Assembly: GCA_964036045.1 (NCBI GenBank)
Contig: OZ038378.1
Location: forward strand, 195,858,001 to 195,922,000
Source of the DNA: Eutreptiella sp. 'Long Island Sound 2002'
Lineage: Eukaryota > Protista > Euglenida
Reading direction: 5' to 3'
Length of the DNA: 64,000 nucleotides
Shown one piece after another: positions 1-12,369 of this stretch. Position 1 is the first letter of the stretch. Each line of letters begins with the position of its first letter. Below the pieces are notes generated by a model. It saw nothing but the letters and a program-made list of their open reading frames with translations, was not told the DNA's origin and made no database searches. The position numbers were made by a program, and so were the translations under genes.

Positions 1-90
1 CGAGGCTTGGGCCCAGGAGCATTGACTTTGCCAGCACCTCGGGGGAGCAGGGCCCAAGGGTACCCTCCACAGGTGGCCCACCTTTCCTCG

Positions 91-91
91 C

Positions 92-131
<40 letters not shown>

Positions 132-134
132 ACA
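91..134. repeat. (CA)n microsatellite
   Basis: Direct CA run with two interruptions. Confidence 0.95.
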
Positions 135-157
135 GGACGACGGTGTCTCCCACTCAC

Positions 158-287
158 CAACGCTCTGGTGAGGTCTGCCGGCTGTCGATAGGTTGCTCGG
201 CTTCGGAAGCGGACAGTCATGTTGTTCAGCCTGTTGGTCGGGTAGGTGAGGATGCCCAGGCCTGAGACTCTGCTCCTGCTGCTGCTC
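158..287 (-). CDS. Probable internal exon of a host gene (..SRVSGLGILTYPTNRLNNMTVRFRSRATYRQPADLTRAL..), product unknown
   Basis: Minus strand CATGCAG| acceptor at 288-290 and strong |GTGAGT donor at 157-152. The 130-nt exon is open in two frames. Confidence 0.45.
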
Positions 288-1569
288 CTGCATGAGGCCC
301 TGTCCCAACCCAACCCAACCCAAACACCACTTTCCCCATGGGGGTTGGGATGTTTTTAGGTCTTGTGTATTCCAAAAATCTGAGGCATCCCCTGCCCCCC
401 GGTGGTCAAGCAAAACCGGCAAATGGAGGGAGGGGGGTATGTTCCATAAACCACTGGTGATGGGTCATCGATCAATATATTTGCTTTTCGTTGGCCATTG
501 GTCGCTGTACATGTCGATCAAAGTGCTGGTCGGTCACAGATCCAACCACCAGTCCACTGTTGATGTGGCCATTCATCGATCAAATCACAGGTCAGTCACT
601 AGTCACTGGCCACTGTACCCACTCGGACTTAGTCGCTGGTGACGCTAGCCGCGGATGATTGATCGCATGTCTCTTAATGCCTCTAATCTAGCCATTAGTC
701 ATTGCACTTGCTGATCTTGTTATGGTCGTGCATTGTGGGAAACACCACACACAAAATTAGAAATGCGGTGGAGATGTGTAACACTTGTTAATCCAGACCC
801 CTTTGGCCCTGTGGTACACGTCCCCCATTTTCTGGGGCCGTGGCCGCCCTCCAAACTTCACACACATCAGTGTTGGCGGGAGGGGGGTGGGCGCCATCAG
901 GGTAGTGATGCCGCAAGGATTAATAGTGGGATAGTGGGGTTCTAACCAAGAAAACTACGCATTTTCGCCTGCACTGCTGACAAACAACCTCAAAAAATCC
1001 CATCAACCACAAAAGTAGGTCACACAAAAAATGACAATGGAGAGCGGTTGTACTGCACAGTACCACATATCTAGGGTGACAAGATGTAAATGGTGATCAG
1101 TACCCGGTGGTGGAGAAGTGAGATTCGATTGGTTGCTAGCGAGATCCGTGACTAGTGATTTGATTGGTATGCACAAGTGGGACACTGTAGTGTGCCCATG
1201 CGATCAAGGGGATAGTAGATCCCATATTCCACACCCTCCCTCCTAGACTTGGGGCCCGGGGCTCCCATGTCCAGACCATTGCCGGGCCCCTTGCATCTAA
1301 CCCATGGCATACAAGGCACACTCCACTTGCACCACAACGGGCAAAAAACGTGGAAATTTGGCACCATTGATGCGGTACAATTGGTGATCCGGAACTCCAC
1401 ACACTGTGTCACGGTTACCACATGATTTGCAAAGGAGTTGCGAGACAAATGTTCTGCCCCCCTCCAACATCCCACCCAACACTTACTTGGACCAAGAAGG
1501 AGGGATGTGGCACCCAAAACACCATTGATTTGATCGGCAAGTGCGATGACCAGTGACGAGTTGGTAACA

Positions 1570-1935
1570 CCCCCCCCCCCCTTGTATAAGCTACAGCTTT
1601 GTCCAAGCTATAGCGGGTGTAGGGACCGTATTACTTTGGGTCCAAATTTGATTGGGTACCAAATGTAGTGCGGCCACATAAGACATCGGTTTTGGTGACA
1701 ATTTTGCCAATTACATGGAGTCATGGACACATTTGTTGTGAGTGTTTGCCCACTTGAACTCACATAGCTCTGATTTTGGGTGTATTTGTGCATTATATTC
1801 CCCTTTCTTGCACTAGCTCACCATGCAATCATCTCTTTTTGAACCTGGGCATCTACAGCCTTGTCCAAGCTACAGTAGGCATAGGGACCATATTAATTTG
1901 GGATTTTTTTGCGTAGTTTCTACCAGGGAGGGGGG
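1570..1935. mobile_element. ~365-bp MITE (poly-C...poly-G termini), copy 1
   Basis: CCCC..CTTGTATA start and GGGAGGGGGG|TA end. Its body aligns as the reverse complement of 57352-57703. Confidence 0.7.
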
Positions 1936-2469
1936 TACGTTGACCGATGACCTGTGCTTTGATTGGTGACCACAAGATCCGTTGCTTGTGGTGTCATCCA
2001 AGCCGGTAACAAATGGGGGTAGAGCCGGGGGCCGGAGCAATTTACGCTGTAAATTTACGTAAAATTTGGTAAATTCCTCGTAAAGTGGCGTAAATTCCCG
2101 TAAATTTTTGTAAAATCGGCGCAAATTAGGGGTTTTACATGATTTCCTTGCCATTGCTGGCAGTTGCAAATATTTGTGAGCTAGATTCTTGTCCATTTTG
2201 GAATGTAAATTGTGTAAATGCCCCTTCCCTGTGGCAGAGTCAGCTGGGGTTGTGTAGCCAATTCGCCGAGACCGGCAAGACGAGTGAAGATCCCTGCCTC
2301 GACCTTTTCCCCGGCCGGAGAAGGAGGCATTTAGGGGCATCCTCTCTTTCTTTGCTCTCACGTGCTTTGCGTGCCATTCCGTGTCTTTACAAATATTTGT
2401 CAACAAGACTTGTGTCAATTGTCGTCTGCAAACATTGTTGATGCCTGTCTCCTATGCCAGAGAACACTG

Positions 2470-3110
2470 GCAAGACGAGTGAAGATCCTTGCCTCGAGCT
2501 TTACCCCGGCTCGAGAAGGAGGCATTCAGGGGCTTGAAGATCCCTGCCTCGAGCTTTTCCCCGGCTCGAGAAGGAGGCTTTCAGGGGCTTTCTTTCTTCC
2601 TTTGCTCGTACGTTGCGTGTCATTCCCTGCACTTACCAATATTTGTGAACAACATTTGTGTCCATTGTCAAATGCAAGCTTTGTTGATGCCCGTTTCCTA
2701 TGCTAGAGAACACTAGACCGAATCAGGCAAGAAGAGTGAAGATCCCTGCCTCGAGCTTTACCCCGGCTCGAGAAGGAGGCATTCAGGGGCTTGAAGATCC
2801 CTGCCTCGAGCTTTTCCCCGGCTCGAGAAGGAGGCTTTCAGGGGCTTTCTTTCTTCCTTTGCTCGTACGTTGCGTGTCATTCCCTGCACTTACCAATATT
2901 TGTGAACAACATTTGTGTCCATTGTCAAATGCAAGCTTTGTTGATGCCCGTTTCCTATGCTAGAGAACACTAGACCGAATCAGGCAAGAAGAGTGAAGAT
3001 CCCTGCCTCGAGCTTTACCCCGGCTCGAGAAGGAGGCATTCAGGGGCTTGAAGATCCCTGCCTCGAGCTTTTCCCCGGCTCGAGAAGGAGGCATTCAGGG
3101 GCTTTCTTTC
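2470..3110 (+). repeat. 257-bp tandem repeat (~2.5 units), each unit with two ~54-bp CTCGAG-hairpin subunits
   Basis: GAAGATCCCTGCCTCGAGCTTTWCCCCGGCTCGAGAAGGAGGCATTCAGGGG recurs about six times here, plus a degenerate copy near 2287. The period of 257 is mirrored by identical ORFs at 2700 and 2957. Confidence 0.9.
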
Positions 3111-3157
3111 TTTCCTTGCTTTCCTTCTGTTCACGCTGTTCTAGCTTTGTTATGTGA

Positions 3158-4823
3158 ATGTGGGTGCGGAAGCAAGGCGGTGATGCCGTGTGGCAACACT
3201 TTGCTACTCCGGCAGCCGCGCTCCGCTACATCAAGTCCGAAGGTGCCCCCGCAAATTTGCAGCAAGTGCAAATTGAGCGTGCGGCGAAGAATTCGAAAGC
3301 GCGCGATGGTTTCGAGTTCTCGGTTGAAGCCCCCAAGGCACCACCCAAGCCCGCGCGAACGACAGCCTACACCCCATCGGTCGCCTCGTACGTTGACGTC
3401 CTCAGCTCATCGTACTGTGCGAGTTGCCGCGGCCGGCTATGCGGGGTCACTACTGCATGCTCCCAGTGTCAACGGGGGGTGCATGAGCAGTGCTTCGTTG
3501 TGGTGAAGGGAAACGCCGGACAGGTGGAGGTGGATGAGGAGGGCGAGTCCGGAGATAATCGATGGTGTTTCGCATGTGCATGTCGGGGGTGTGCCAAGCC
3601 TCTAGGGGACACTGACACTCAACAGTGCATGCGATGTAAATGCTATGTGCATGTCACGTGCATTAATGATGGTGCTTGCCTCTCCTGTGCTCGGCCCGCA
3701 CCAGAGCAAGTCGCTGAACCCCGTAGAGAGCAGCGGCCATTCCACACTTCGTGGCAGTCTGGCCGCCCTTGCCTTAAATGCGAAGATGGCATGATGCATT
3801 GTGCGGCATGCCGTGCCTACCCCCAGCTCGGAGCCCAACCTGAGTGGATTTCGGGAATTAAGAATTGCAAATGGGACAAGATTAAAAAGCATCAACAATG
3901 TGGCTGCCATGCTGTTTCTTTGGCTCTGGAATTCTGCTGGTAAGGTGAGGAAGGTGACTCACACCCTCCCGCTTCAGACAAGGCAAGCTATTCGGGCGCT
4001 CTTCCGCCTTGTGTATCGTGCCGTGAAACGGCGCGGTATGCTTCGCGATGTGGCTGGGGACGTTGAAGCCGATGAATTGAATGGTGCAAGCGTCATCAAG
4101 ACACATCGATGCCATCCGTCCGCCATTGAAATTCTGGAGCATGTTGCTGCTGATGTGCGCACGGAGGAGGCCAAACCCCTCTTCCAAGCCCCATATTTTG
4201 CTCTCACTTCGGACAGTTGCACCGATCGGTCAACAAAGAAAGAAGAGATGCTGTATGTCCAATATCCCCTCCCCAATCATGTAGTGACACACTTTTTTTC
4301 ACTTCAACCATTGGAGGGGGGGGACGCAAAGTCGATTCTGAGAGCCTACAAGGCAACATTTGAGGAAGCCGCCATCCCTTTGGAGGTTTGGGTCCGTCGG
4401 CTTGTTTGGCTTTGCACGGATGGGGCAAATGTCATGGTAGGAACAACTTCTGGCTTGGTCGGCCTCCTCCGTGCGCTGCAGCAAGAGGTAACAGGGCATG
4501 CTTACTTTGTAGCCATGCATGCCAGCTGCCATGGGGCAGATTTGGCATTCAAGGATGCATTGAAGGAGGCCCATGTGTTTCTGGACGTGCTCAGCGAGGG
4601 CTTGCAACAGTTGGCTGCATACTACAACTCTTCCCCTGCGCGTTTGAAGGGGTTGCGGGAGTTCGCTTCAGAACTAGGGACCGCTGTTTTGAAGTTTGGT
4701 AGATTGCAAGACCGGCGCTGGGCAGCCTTCGCATACGGTGCACTGCGAAGCATGCGCAGGAGTTACCCGGTGGTGGTTTGTGCACTTCATGCAAAGAGGC
4801 CTAGAGATCATGTAGTCTACTAA
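3158..4823 (+). pseudogene. hAT transposase with N-terminal tandem PHD fingers and TTF-type zinc finger; frameshifted near 3930 and C-terminally truncated
   Basis: ORF 3158-3943 has two C4HC3 patterns plus RPFxxSW..C..CR..W..G..KH..C..H. ORF 3801-4823 has hAT core motifs FALTSDSCTD, LCTDGANVMVG, HASCHGADLA and RRWA. There is no hAT dimerisation domain before the stop. Confidence 0.85.
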
Positions 4824-6780
4824 TTTACACCATTTCTTGTGAATTTACGCCACTTTTCTTGGGAATTTACGCCACTTTTCTTGGGAATTTACGCCGTGTG
4901 GGGAAAAATTTACACCCATTTACACAACCTGGTGGCCGGGGGCCGAAACGAGTGTAAACCCCCGTAAATTACCGGCTTGGTGTCATCCATGACCAATGGG
5001 ATCGGTGATTAGTTGGCATTGTGCCCATGCATTGTGCCTATAAGACATGGCAATGTGCCCAAGGAGTTGGAAAGTTAAGGCCATGGTGTGTTTTGACTTC
5101 ATTTTTACCCCAAATGGGCAATGCATCAACACAACAATCCAATTACAGGACTCCAGAAGGGCTTGCACAAAGGGCCTATTAGGCAATGCACCCACGGAGC
5201 CGAGAGTTGCGCTCATGGAACTGGGCATTGCGCCCAAGGCCGCAAGTGTTGAGGAGAGTGACCAATACCTTGTGACCAGCGTGTAGAGGGACTAACAACT
5301 CGCAGGCTGAACGGCCACTCATTGATACAGTAGTTAGGCTGACTAGTCACTCGGGACTAGTGGGTCAATGACCAACACATAGCAGATTCAGTAACACAAA
5401 GCAAGTTGAGTGACTAGCGATTTGAACGGCACACACCATGACGAGGTTTATTGCCACCAATGACCGGTGCCTAGTGACGAGTGACCAGTGGGCATAGTGC
5501 CGATCAACTCGCAAGATCACTGACCTGTAGTTTGGTCAAGAGTAGTGTGACCAGGGTGACCAGTTGGTAGAGTGAATTGTGCTCAATGACTAATGAGTGG
5601 TGGGTGACGAACCACTAGCCAAATCGTTGTGAGCAATTTGATTAGTGCATGGCCGACCAAAAATCAGAGTAGTCAACAACCAGAGGTTCGATGACCACTA
5701 GTAGGAACAGTGAACAGCGGCGGTGAAAGCGGTGGCTTCTGTAAAAACATATTAAGGATGGCATGACGCCATCAGGGTCCAGGATGCTAGATCATATTAT
5801 TGAGGGACACCACATTGGTCAGCGGCATCACACCTTTTACAGAACTAACTGCCATTCTTTTTTTAAAACAAAAACCAATGGTCCTCAAAGGGCCAGCCCA
5901 TTTTTCAAATGAACACCCACATCCCCGGTTCAAGGGTCAGTGGGTTGGCCGGCAGAGGTTAGCTCAGAGGAGAGACAAAGCAATGGTAGAGAAAAAAATG
6001 AACATGGGTGGCATCACAGCAAGCAAACGCCCCATTCCCATACCTGGGGGTGAAGGTGAATAGTGGGGATGCTCGGTGGGCTGGTAACTGCTGGGGCCGA
6101 AACCCAGTCATGCATCAAGGGAAGCAACAAGGAGCAAGGAGTGAACAGGGGGGGGGGAGGACAGGCACACGTGTCAGAGCACTGCAGGGTGGCATTCCAC
6201 TCCCATAGGGAAAAAATAGGAAAATGGGGAGCCATCATACCTCGTCTGCCTTTATCCCCCGCCCCCCAGTGTCCCGGGCTGCATGTTTGGCTGCAAGAAC
6301 GTCGCTATTTTTGCACCAACCATTGGCAGGTTGGACCAACCGCCATTCTGTGTGTGTTTGCATGTGCGTGCGTGTGTGCGCACGCGCATCTGCACTCTCC
6401 TTGCGCTGCCCTACTCCGCGCACACTGTGCAGGCATACCTGGTTCCCATTGATCCCCATTGCTCTTTCCAGTCAGTGGCCCCTGGTGATGTTGCCCAGGA
6501 GCCTGCTGACACAAGCAAGCATGCATGCATGACCTTGCAGCACCAGTACAGAGTGCACAACTCCCTCACAGAGCAACTGACAACCTCACAGGGCATAGTG
6601 CATGCTATGATGCTGTGGTCAGGGGGGGGAGGGGTGACTTCCTAGGCCCAAAGCAGCACCCTGCGGCCCCTGTGCCTTTGTCCAACTATATCAACCACGT
6701 TCCACGTTCCACATTCCCCCTTTGTGCTACTTCGAAACCCCATAACCCCACTCCCCCCTCCACATACGCCACATGCGCAC

Positions 6781-6842
6781 ATACACACACCCACACACAC
6801 ACACACACACACACACCCACACACACACACACACACACACAC
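6781..6842. repeat. (CA)n microsatellite
   Basis: Direct CA run. It explains the HTHTHT/VCVCVC ORFs. Confidence 0.95.
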
Positions 6843-9800
6843 CTGCCCCTGCACTGCATTCTTCCCCGGCTTGCAAGCTACGCACACCGTGTGTGGGTAT
6901 GTCTCCAGGCAGCACTCGTCGTGTATGCACAGCCTCCGTTCTTGGGAATCCAAGATTCCTGTTCTTATTTATGACTGCGAAATGGACGGGGCTGTGATCA
7001 CATTGCAGTCTGTTCCTGCAGCTGCACCCAAACAGGATCAGGCTTTGCCTGTGCCGTATCGGTTGCCTGTTGCCCAATGGCTGTCCAACACATTTTTTCT
7101 CTCCTCTCCTTCGACATCACACTCGCTGAGCTGGTGTGATGGCGCAAACTTATCTGCGTCTCTTGACTGCTACTGGCCTAGTCATTTCGTTTCCGGTGCA
7201 GGACCCGTGGCTCGATTTCACCCTGCAATTGAGGTAATCACGACTTCTAGGACTTTGAAACTCAGAGGTATGCAGCGCGATCTTCCATCCGCCCTGCCCA
7301 AATCCTGCTTTCCCACTACCAGGGCGGGGGGTTGTGGTCCCACGAGGGAGAAATCCTGTTGGACACATTCTGGACGACAGCTTTGTACATCGATCGTTGC
7401 CCTTCTTTGTGCCACATATTTCCGCAACTTCTCCAGTTCACCTCCATGGGGCCAAAAACCAATGCATCATGCAATTTGACATGCAAGCAACAAAAGTCCA
7501 GTCACAGCCTCCCGCACAGTGTGGCAGTGGTAGCAGACATCCGGCCCTGATGAGAAAAGAGTAGCAACACCTGACCCTACTTCACAGGTCCTTCGCCCGC
7601 CTTCCTGCACCGCGTCTCCACCTGTCTGTGCCGATGCTCCGCCCATGCATCATCCTCCGCCCAAGAAGCCGCTGCTTCAGCGACCCACTTCCCCATCTGA
7701 TGGCCTTTGCCCCACGCGGCCCCAACGTTATTGGCACTCCCTTGCATGGTGCACAACCTTTGTGGGTGGGTTTGACACCCTACGGACCCACCCCTGTGCA
7801 CGGAAGCGAGGGCACCGGGAGAGCGCCAATCCGATTTGAAATGAACACAACCACAGGCCTCAACACGACCATTGACAGACGCCATCAGAACACGCTGGTA
7901 CAGAGACAAGTGGTTTCGTCCAAATTTTCTTTTTGCGCAACATCTATACGGGCGGGTAGGGGTGTGTTTGAATATTGGAAGGAGGAGCCCACCCCACCCC
8001 CTGGTCCAATCCCCTCCCTTGTGTGTCGCAGCTCCGCCGCGTGATACATGAAGTACTGTTGGAATGCCAGAGGGATTCTGGAGGGTGATGGCCATCGTCG
8101 TTCTATGGCCAACCCCCATCCTCCCCTTCTAAGTTGTTCCAGAGTCAGACTCTGATCATAGAAAATTGCTCGCATCTATTATTTTGGGATGGTTTCATTG
8201 TGCCCGATAGAACTTTCATTTTCAGGCAGTCCGCAAGGCCAGGGGGTGCTGACTGAGCTTCAAGGACCAAACTCACATTTTTTGCCACATCCATGCAGGC
8301 ACGAATGCGTTTGAAGGGGTGCAGGCCCAGAGCGCCATGTCAGGACTGGTTGGAAACACGTTGGAGGAGAATGGCACACGGTTCGGTACGGCTACTGTCG
8401 GTTACAATGCATCCCTGCATACAGGATTGAGCGAAAGCAACATGACACAGACACAAATACGTCCCCCCATTTGTATCTGTCGTTCCTACTGACCCGAATC
8501 AGCGGCCCTCAGCAGTGGATTATCCACGATGGAGTCCCATGATGCATGCGGACACAAGGACAGACAAAATGTCTTTTTGGTCCCTTTTCGATTTCAATTT
8601 GCGCTGGTCCTTGGACAGTCCTTTCCCCACAACCCCCGTCTTCCTGGGGTCTTCCTGCACAAACTTTTTTCACCTTCCCCTGGGGAAGGGGTTGGGCTGG
8701 AGGCGACCCTGACATACCTCAAAATGATCGCCACACTGATCATATTGAGGCATGTTTTCAAATAAAAAAAGTTAAAGTTGTACCCAAATGCGGAGATTTT
8801 GGCTGTTTGGCCTGGTGCCCTGAACAAGCTACACAACCTAGGTGTAAGAGAGCAGTACAGAAGAGCGCACTAAGTCCATTACCTTCTGAAACAGGGGACA
8901 GACAGCATCACAGCACAAGAAGAGGGAAAGCAGCATTAGGAGGTCAAGGGTCGGGCTGGGAGGGTTAGGTGTTGATTATGTAGGCTGTGTGTACATTTTG
9001 CGCATATTTTCGACATTTCACTGCTGAGCACCCCGTCGGTTCTGTCAATTACCTGCCCATGACTGTTCTCTCGACGTCAACATTTCTCAACACTCCTCAA
9101 CAACATTCAACAACCCTTCTGAGGGGGGGGGGGGGGGTCGTGCTGTGTTTCATTGTGGTCAAGGGATTTTGCTGAGGTTGTTGAAATAGCCATGGTAAAT
9201 TTTGCAGGACTTCTCAAACGGTAATGGTATGCAAACCCAGAATCAAGGATCCCCTTTCTGTCAAAAAATTAAACGCAAAATCACTGCACAAAGTATGTCA
9301 CAAAGACACTGAAGTGCCACTCTCATTGCAGTGGAGACAGGGGCGACACAGGTGCAAGGATAGCAGGCCAAGGGTTACATGTCTTTTATGTGGTGGTCTA
9401 TTGAAGGGCACGCTTGGCACACTGTATGTGTCACATGGTATTACATCTACCCTCTCTCATACTTACATCACGTTTGGGCAAGAGTTGCTGAGAGTAAAAG
9501 CCAGCTTCAGGTCAGTGGTTGTTGGACTGGTTGGTCATCCAAAATCTGTGTTGGTGGCCTTCAGGGGGCAGTCATCTTAAGTTCTCTGTTGCAGCTGCTA
9601 TTGCTAGATTGCGAGATCGGGTGTGATGATGCTCGGGGGGGCAGGGGGGATTGCATTCTTTAGTTGTGATTGGGAGTTCTACTGGGGGCTGTGCGGGATG
9701 GTAGAAGGGCCTTCTTGCTCGGGTGCGTTGTGTGGTGCGTACCAAAAACCCCCGCTATTTTTTACCATAAAATACCCCAATTCCTACCATTTTTTGTACC

Positions 9801-10074
9801 AAACAACCCCCCGGTAAGGTTTGGGGGTTTATTTTGGTGTTTTGGTGATAGTCGTGGTTTTTTTTCAGTAAGAACTGGCTTTTTTTTTTGCTAAGGTTTG
9901 GGGGGTTTTTTGGTAAGAACTGGGGATTTTTCTGGTAACATTTGGAGGGGTTTGGGAAATTTTGCAGGGGTTTTCGGCAAGAATTTTGGGTTTTTGTAAG
10001 GTTTTGGGTTTTTTTTTTAGAGATCTGATGCTGGATTTGGGCCACAGATCTGAAACCCACAATTTTCTTGTAGC

Positions 10075-10615
10075 CCCTCGAGTTGGGGATATAGGCACCC
10101 ACACTTCGGTGTGGCCCTTCGGGTTGGAGATATGGACTCCCACGATTCGGTGTGGCCTTTTTGAATTGGGGATACGGACTGCCACATTTCAGGGTTGCCT
10201 CTTCAAGTTGGGGATATGGGCTCCCACGCTTCGGTGTGGCCCCTCGAGCTATTGCTATGGAGTCCCACGCTTCAGTGTGGCTTTTCGAGTTGGAGACATG
10301 CATTCCCACACTTCGGTGTGGCTTCTCAGGTTGAGGATATGGACTCGCACGCTTTGGTATGGCCCGTTGAGTTGGGTATATGGACTCCCACACTTCGGTA
10401 TGGCCCTTCAGGTATGGACTCCTACGCTTCTGTGTGTCCACTGGATTTGAGGATATGGTTTCACGTGTTTTGGTGTGGCCCCTCGAGTAGGGGATGTGCA
10501 CTCCCACAATTTGGTACGGCCATTCCAGTTGGAGATATGGACTCCGGCGCTTTGGTGTGGTTTTCTAGTTGGGGATATGGATTCCCACACTTCGGTATGG
10601 TCCCTCAAGTTGGGG
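10075..10615. repeat. ~41-bp degenerate minisatellite (~13 units), consensus GAGTTGGGGATATGGACTCCCACACTTCGGTGTGGCCCCTC
   Basis: Head-to-tail units with no unique spacers. Each unit contains a CCACAC-TTCG-GTGTGG hairpin or a variant. Confidence 0.9.
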
Positions 10616-11899
10616 AAAATATTTTTTGAGATCTGAAACTATTTTTTTAGATGTGCTAAAAAATAATAGAATTTCTGAAGAAAAAAAAATATCCAAAAAA
10701 AAAGTGTCAAAACGGACTACATTCTAGATGGCCCTCTGAAAAATAACCCGCTGCAAATCTAAAAAAAGAAAAAAACCAACGTTTCTAGAATAGATTTCGG
10801 GATCTACGAAAAAACACAAGTTCCAAAAAAAATAATCCGCATCTAAAAAATAAAATAGCGGATAACGCTACCCCAACGTCCCTGCATTGCTTCTACAGGG
10901 AACATGCAATAGAAACCACCAATTCACAGTGTTCGTTGCATCTAGGCACAACATGACACCCAGCAGGACACTACTGCTAACAAGATTGCCTGATGCTAGA
11001 TGCAGATTCTGAACGTGCTGTTGCAGTACACTTTACATTTTGTTTTGCTGATGGATAATGCAACCCACTTGATGGCGTAGGAACCTGCCACTGTGCAACT
11101 GATGCACAACACGCCTTCGTTGTGGACAAAAGGCTAGAGTGCCACGGATTTTTGGACATGACCCAAACAAATACAAAACGAGCATCCCTCCCTGTGTACA
11201 CCTTGGTCTGCCTATGTTGACCCACCATCTGAAGACATTTGAAAGAGCAACACTTGAGCATGAAGTTATGGACAAAATTGTGCACCCACTGACTTTTTAG
11301 GGGCAAAACCACTCGTCTTTGTGCAACGAAAAAAGCTTCTGAACAAAGTCTGAGCAAGGAATGTAGAATTTGGGACTGACTGCGCAGACCGCGAAAGCCG
11401 CAAAAAATGAGCATTTGATGCACGAATTGATGTGTTGGGATGCAGCGTTGTAGAGAGTTGATCAGTATGGCTGTTAGACACTGCAGCATAGGCACAGGGG
11501 TGGCACATTGTAATGCAGAAGAAATGAGCAAAAAAAGCTTGGCTCAATCACTCTACACCTGGGTATACTGCTCAGCAGTTCAGCGTAGGGAGGTTTTTGG
11601 GTCAGTAGCTTCGTGGTCACACTAAGGATACAAAAGGGCCTCCGATGCAGTATTGCAACTTGGAATGCTATGAAAAGCAGTAAGGGACACATTTGTAATA
11701 GAATGGGAACCGGGGTTCTTTTCTGAATACCACTTGATCGTGCACTCAGAGCCCTCCACTGCGAGCACCTTACTCCAATGCAAATAACCCTAGAAATTGC
11801 GCCCTTGGCCACTGGCCAAGGTGGCTAGGTACCCTACGTTGAAACATTCGGATAGTATCTATGATCCTTTGCCATGAATTCTCTACATAGGTCCCCTTG

Positions 11900-12360
11900 C
11901 TCCAAAAGGGGGACCTCCGTTCTCGGTATCAGTGTTAGCTGAAGATAGTCTACACCACCTGATGCTGTCAGAAAATGCCTTTGTGCAGGTGATGCACAAG
12001 ATGTGTAGAATTCTTCGCTAGTGACAGGCAGCACGTCCTGGACTTGTACTACAGCAAGGAGTGTAGCTTCTACAAATTTTACTGGCCCTGATCGCCCATG
12101 GGAACCCCAAGTTCAGTGAGCCGGGGAACGTCGTGACCAAGGTGGCCCCGGAACGTTCCCGTATGGTCCTACTTTCCCCTAATTGGGGAGCATGTGGGTG
12201 AAATGAGTACTGGTGTACTCTATTTGAGAAGTTGACCGTCATCTCCACCCAGCAGCCGGACTACGCCATCTACGTGCCGCTCGGCAGGAGTATGCCCATC
12301 GGGAAACTTGGATGGGGAAGTATGCGAAGCATTGTAGACGGGAGCCTAGCACCAATACGT
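11900..12360 (+). pseudogene. DIRS1-type N6-adenine DNA methyltransferase-like domain within gypsy pol (frameshifted)
   Basis: Across frames it reads VEFFASDRQH..LYYSK..; HGNPKFSE; GNVVTKVAPERSRMVLLSPNWG..NEYW.TLFEKL..PD.AIYVP..GW. This matches the DLFAS / NPPF / KI..E..vLv.P.W..W pattern of DIRS MT domains. The last segment is in frame with ORF 12370-12930. Confidence 0.65.
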
Positions 12361-12369
12361 TGAGAGGAT

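Larger units (their letters stand above)
1999..4979 (+). mobile_element. hAT-superfamily DNA transposon (internally deleted)
   Basis: Perfect 11-bp TIR CAAGCCGGTAA (1999-2009 / 4969-4979). 8-bp TSD GTGTCATC at 1991-1998 and 4980-4987. Subterminal GTAAATT/AATTTACG motifs are inverted at the two ends. Confidence 0.93.

Noticed and set aside
6525-7077. His/Thr and Val/Cys-rich ORFs
   Set aside because: These are translations of the (CA)n microsatellite.
7050-8250. Non-LTR retrotransposon or host exons
   Set aside because: Protein-like patches, but no diagnostic motif or convincing splice pair.
10075-10615. CRISPR array
   Set aside because: The units are head-to-tail and diverge along their whole length. 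There are no unique spacers and no cas genes, and the context is eukaryotic.
10900-11800. KDZ/CxC-type transposase remnant
   Set aside because: Only a faint CHG..DM resemblance and too many stops to support a call.
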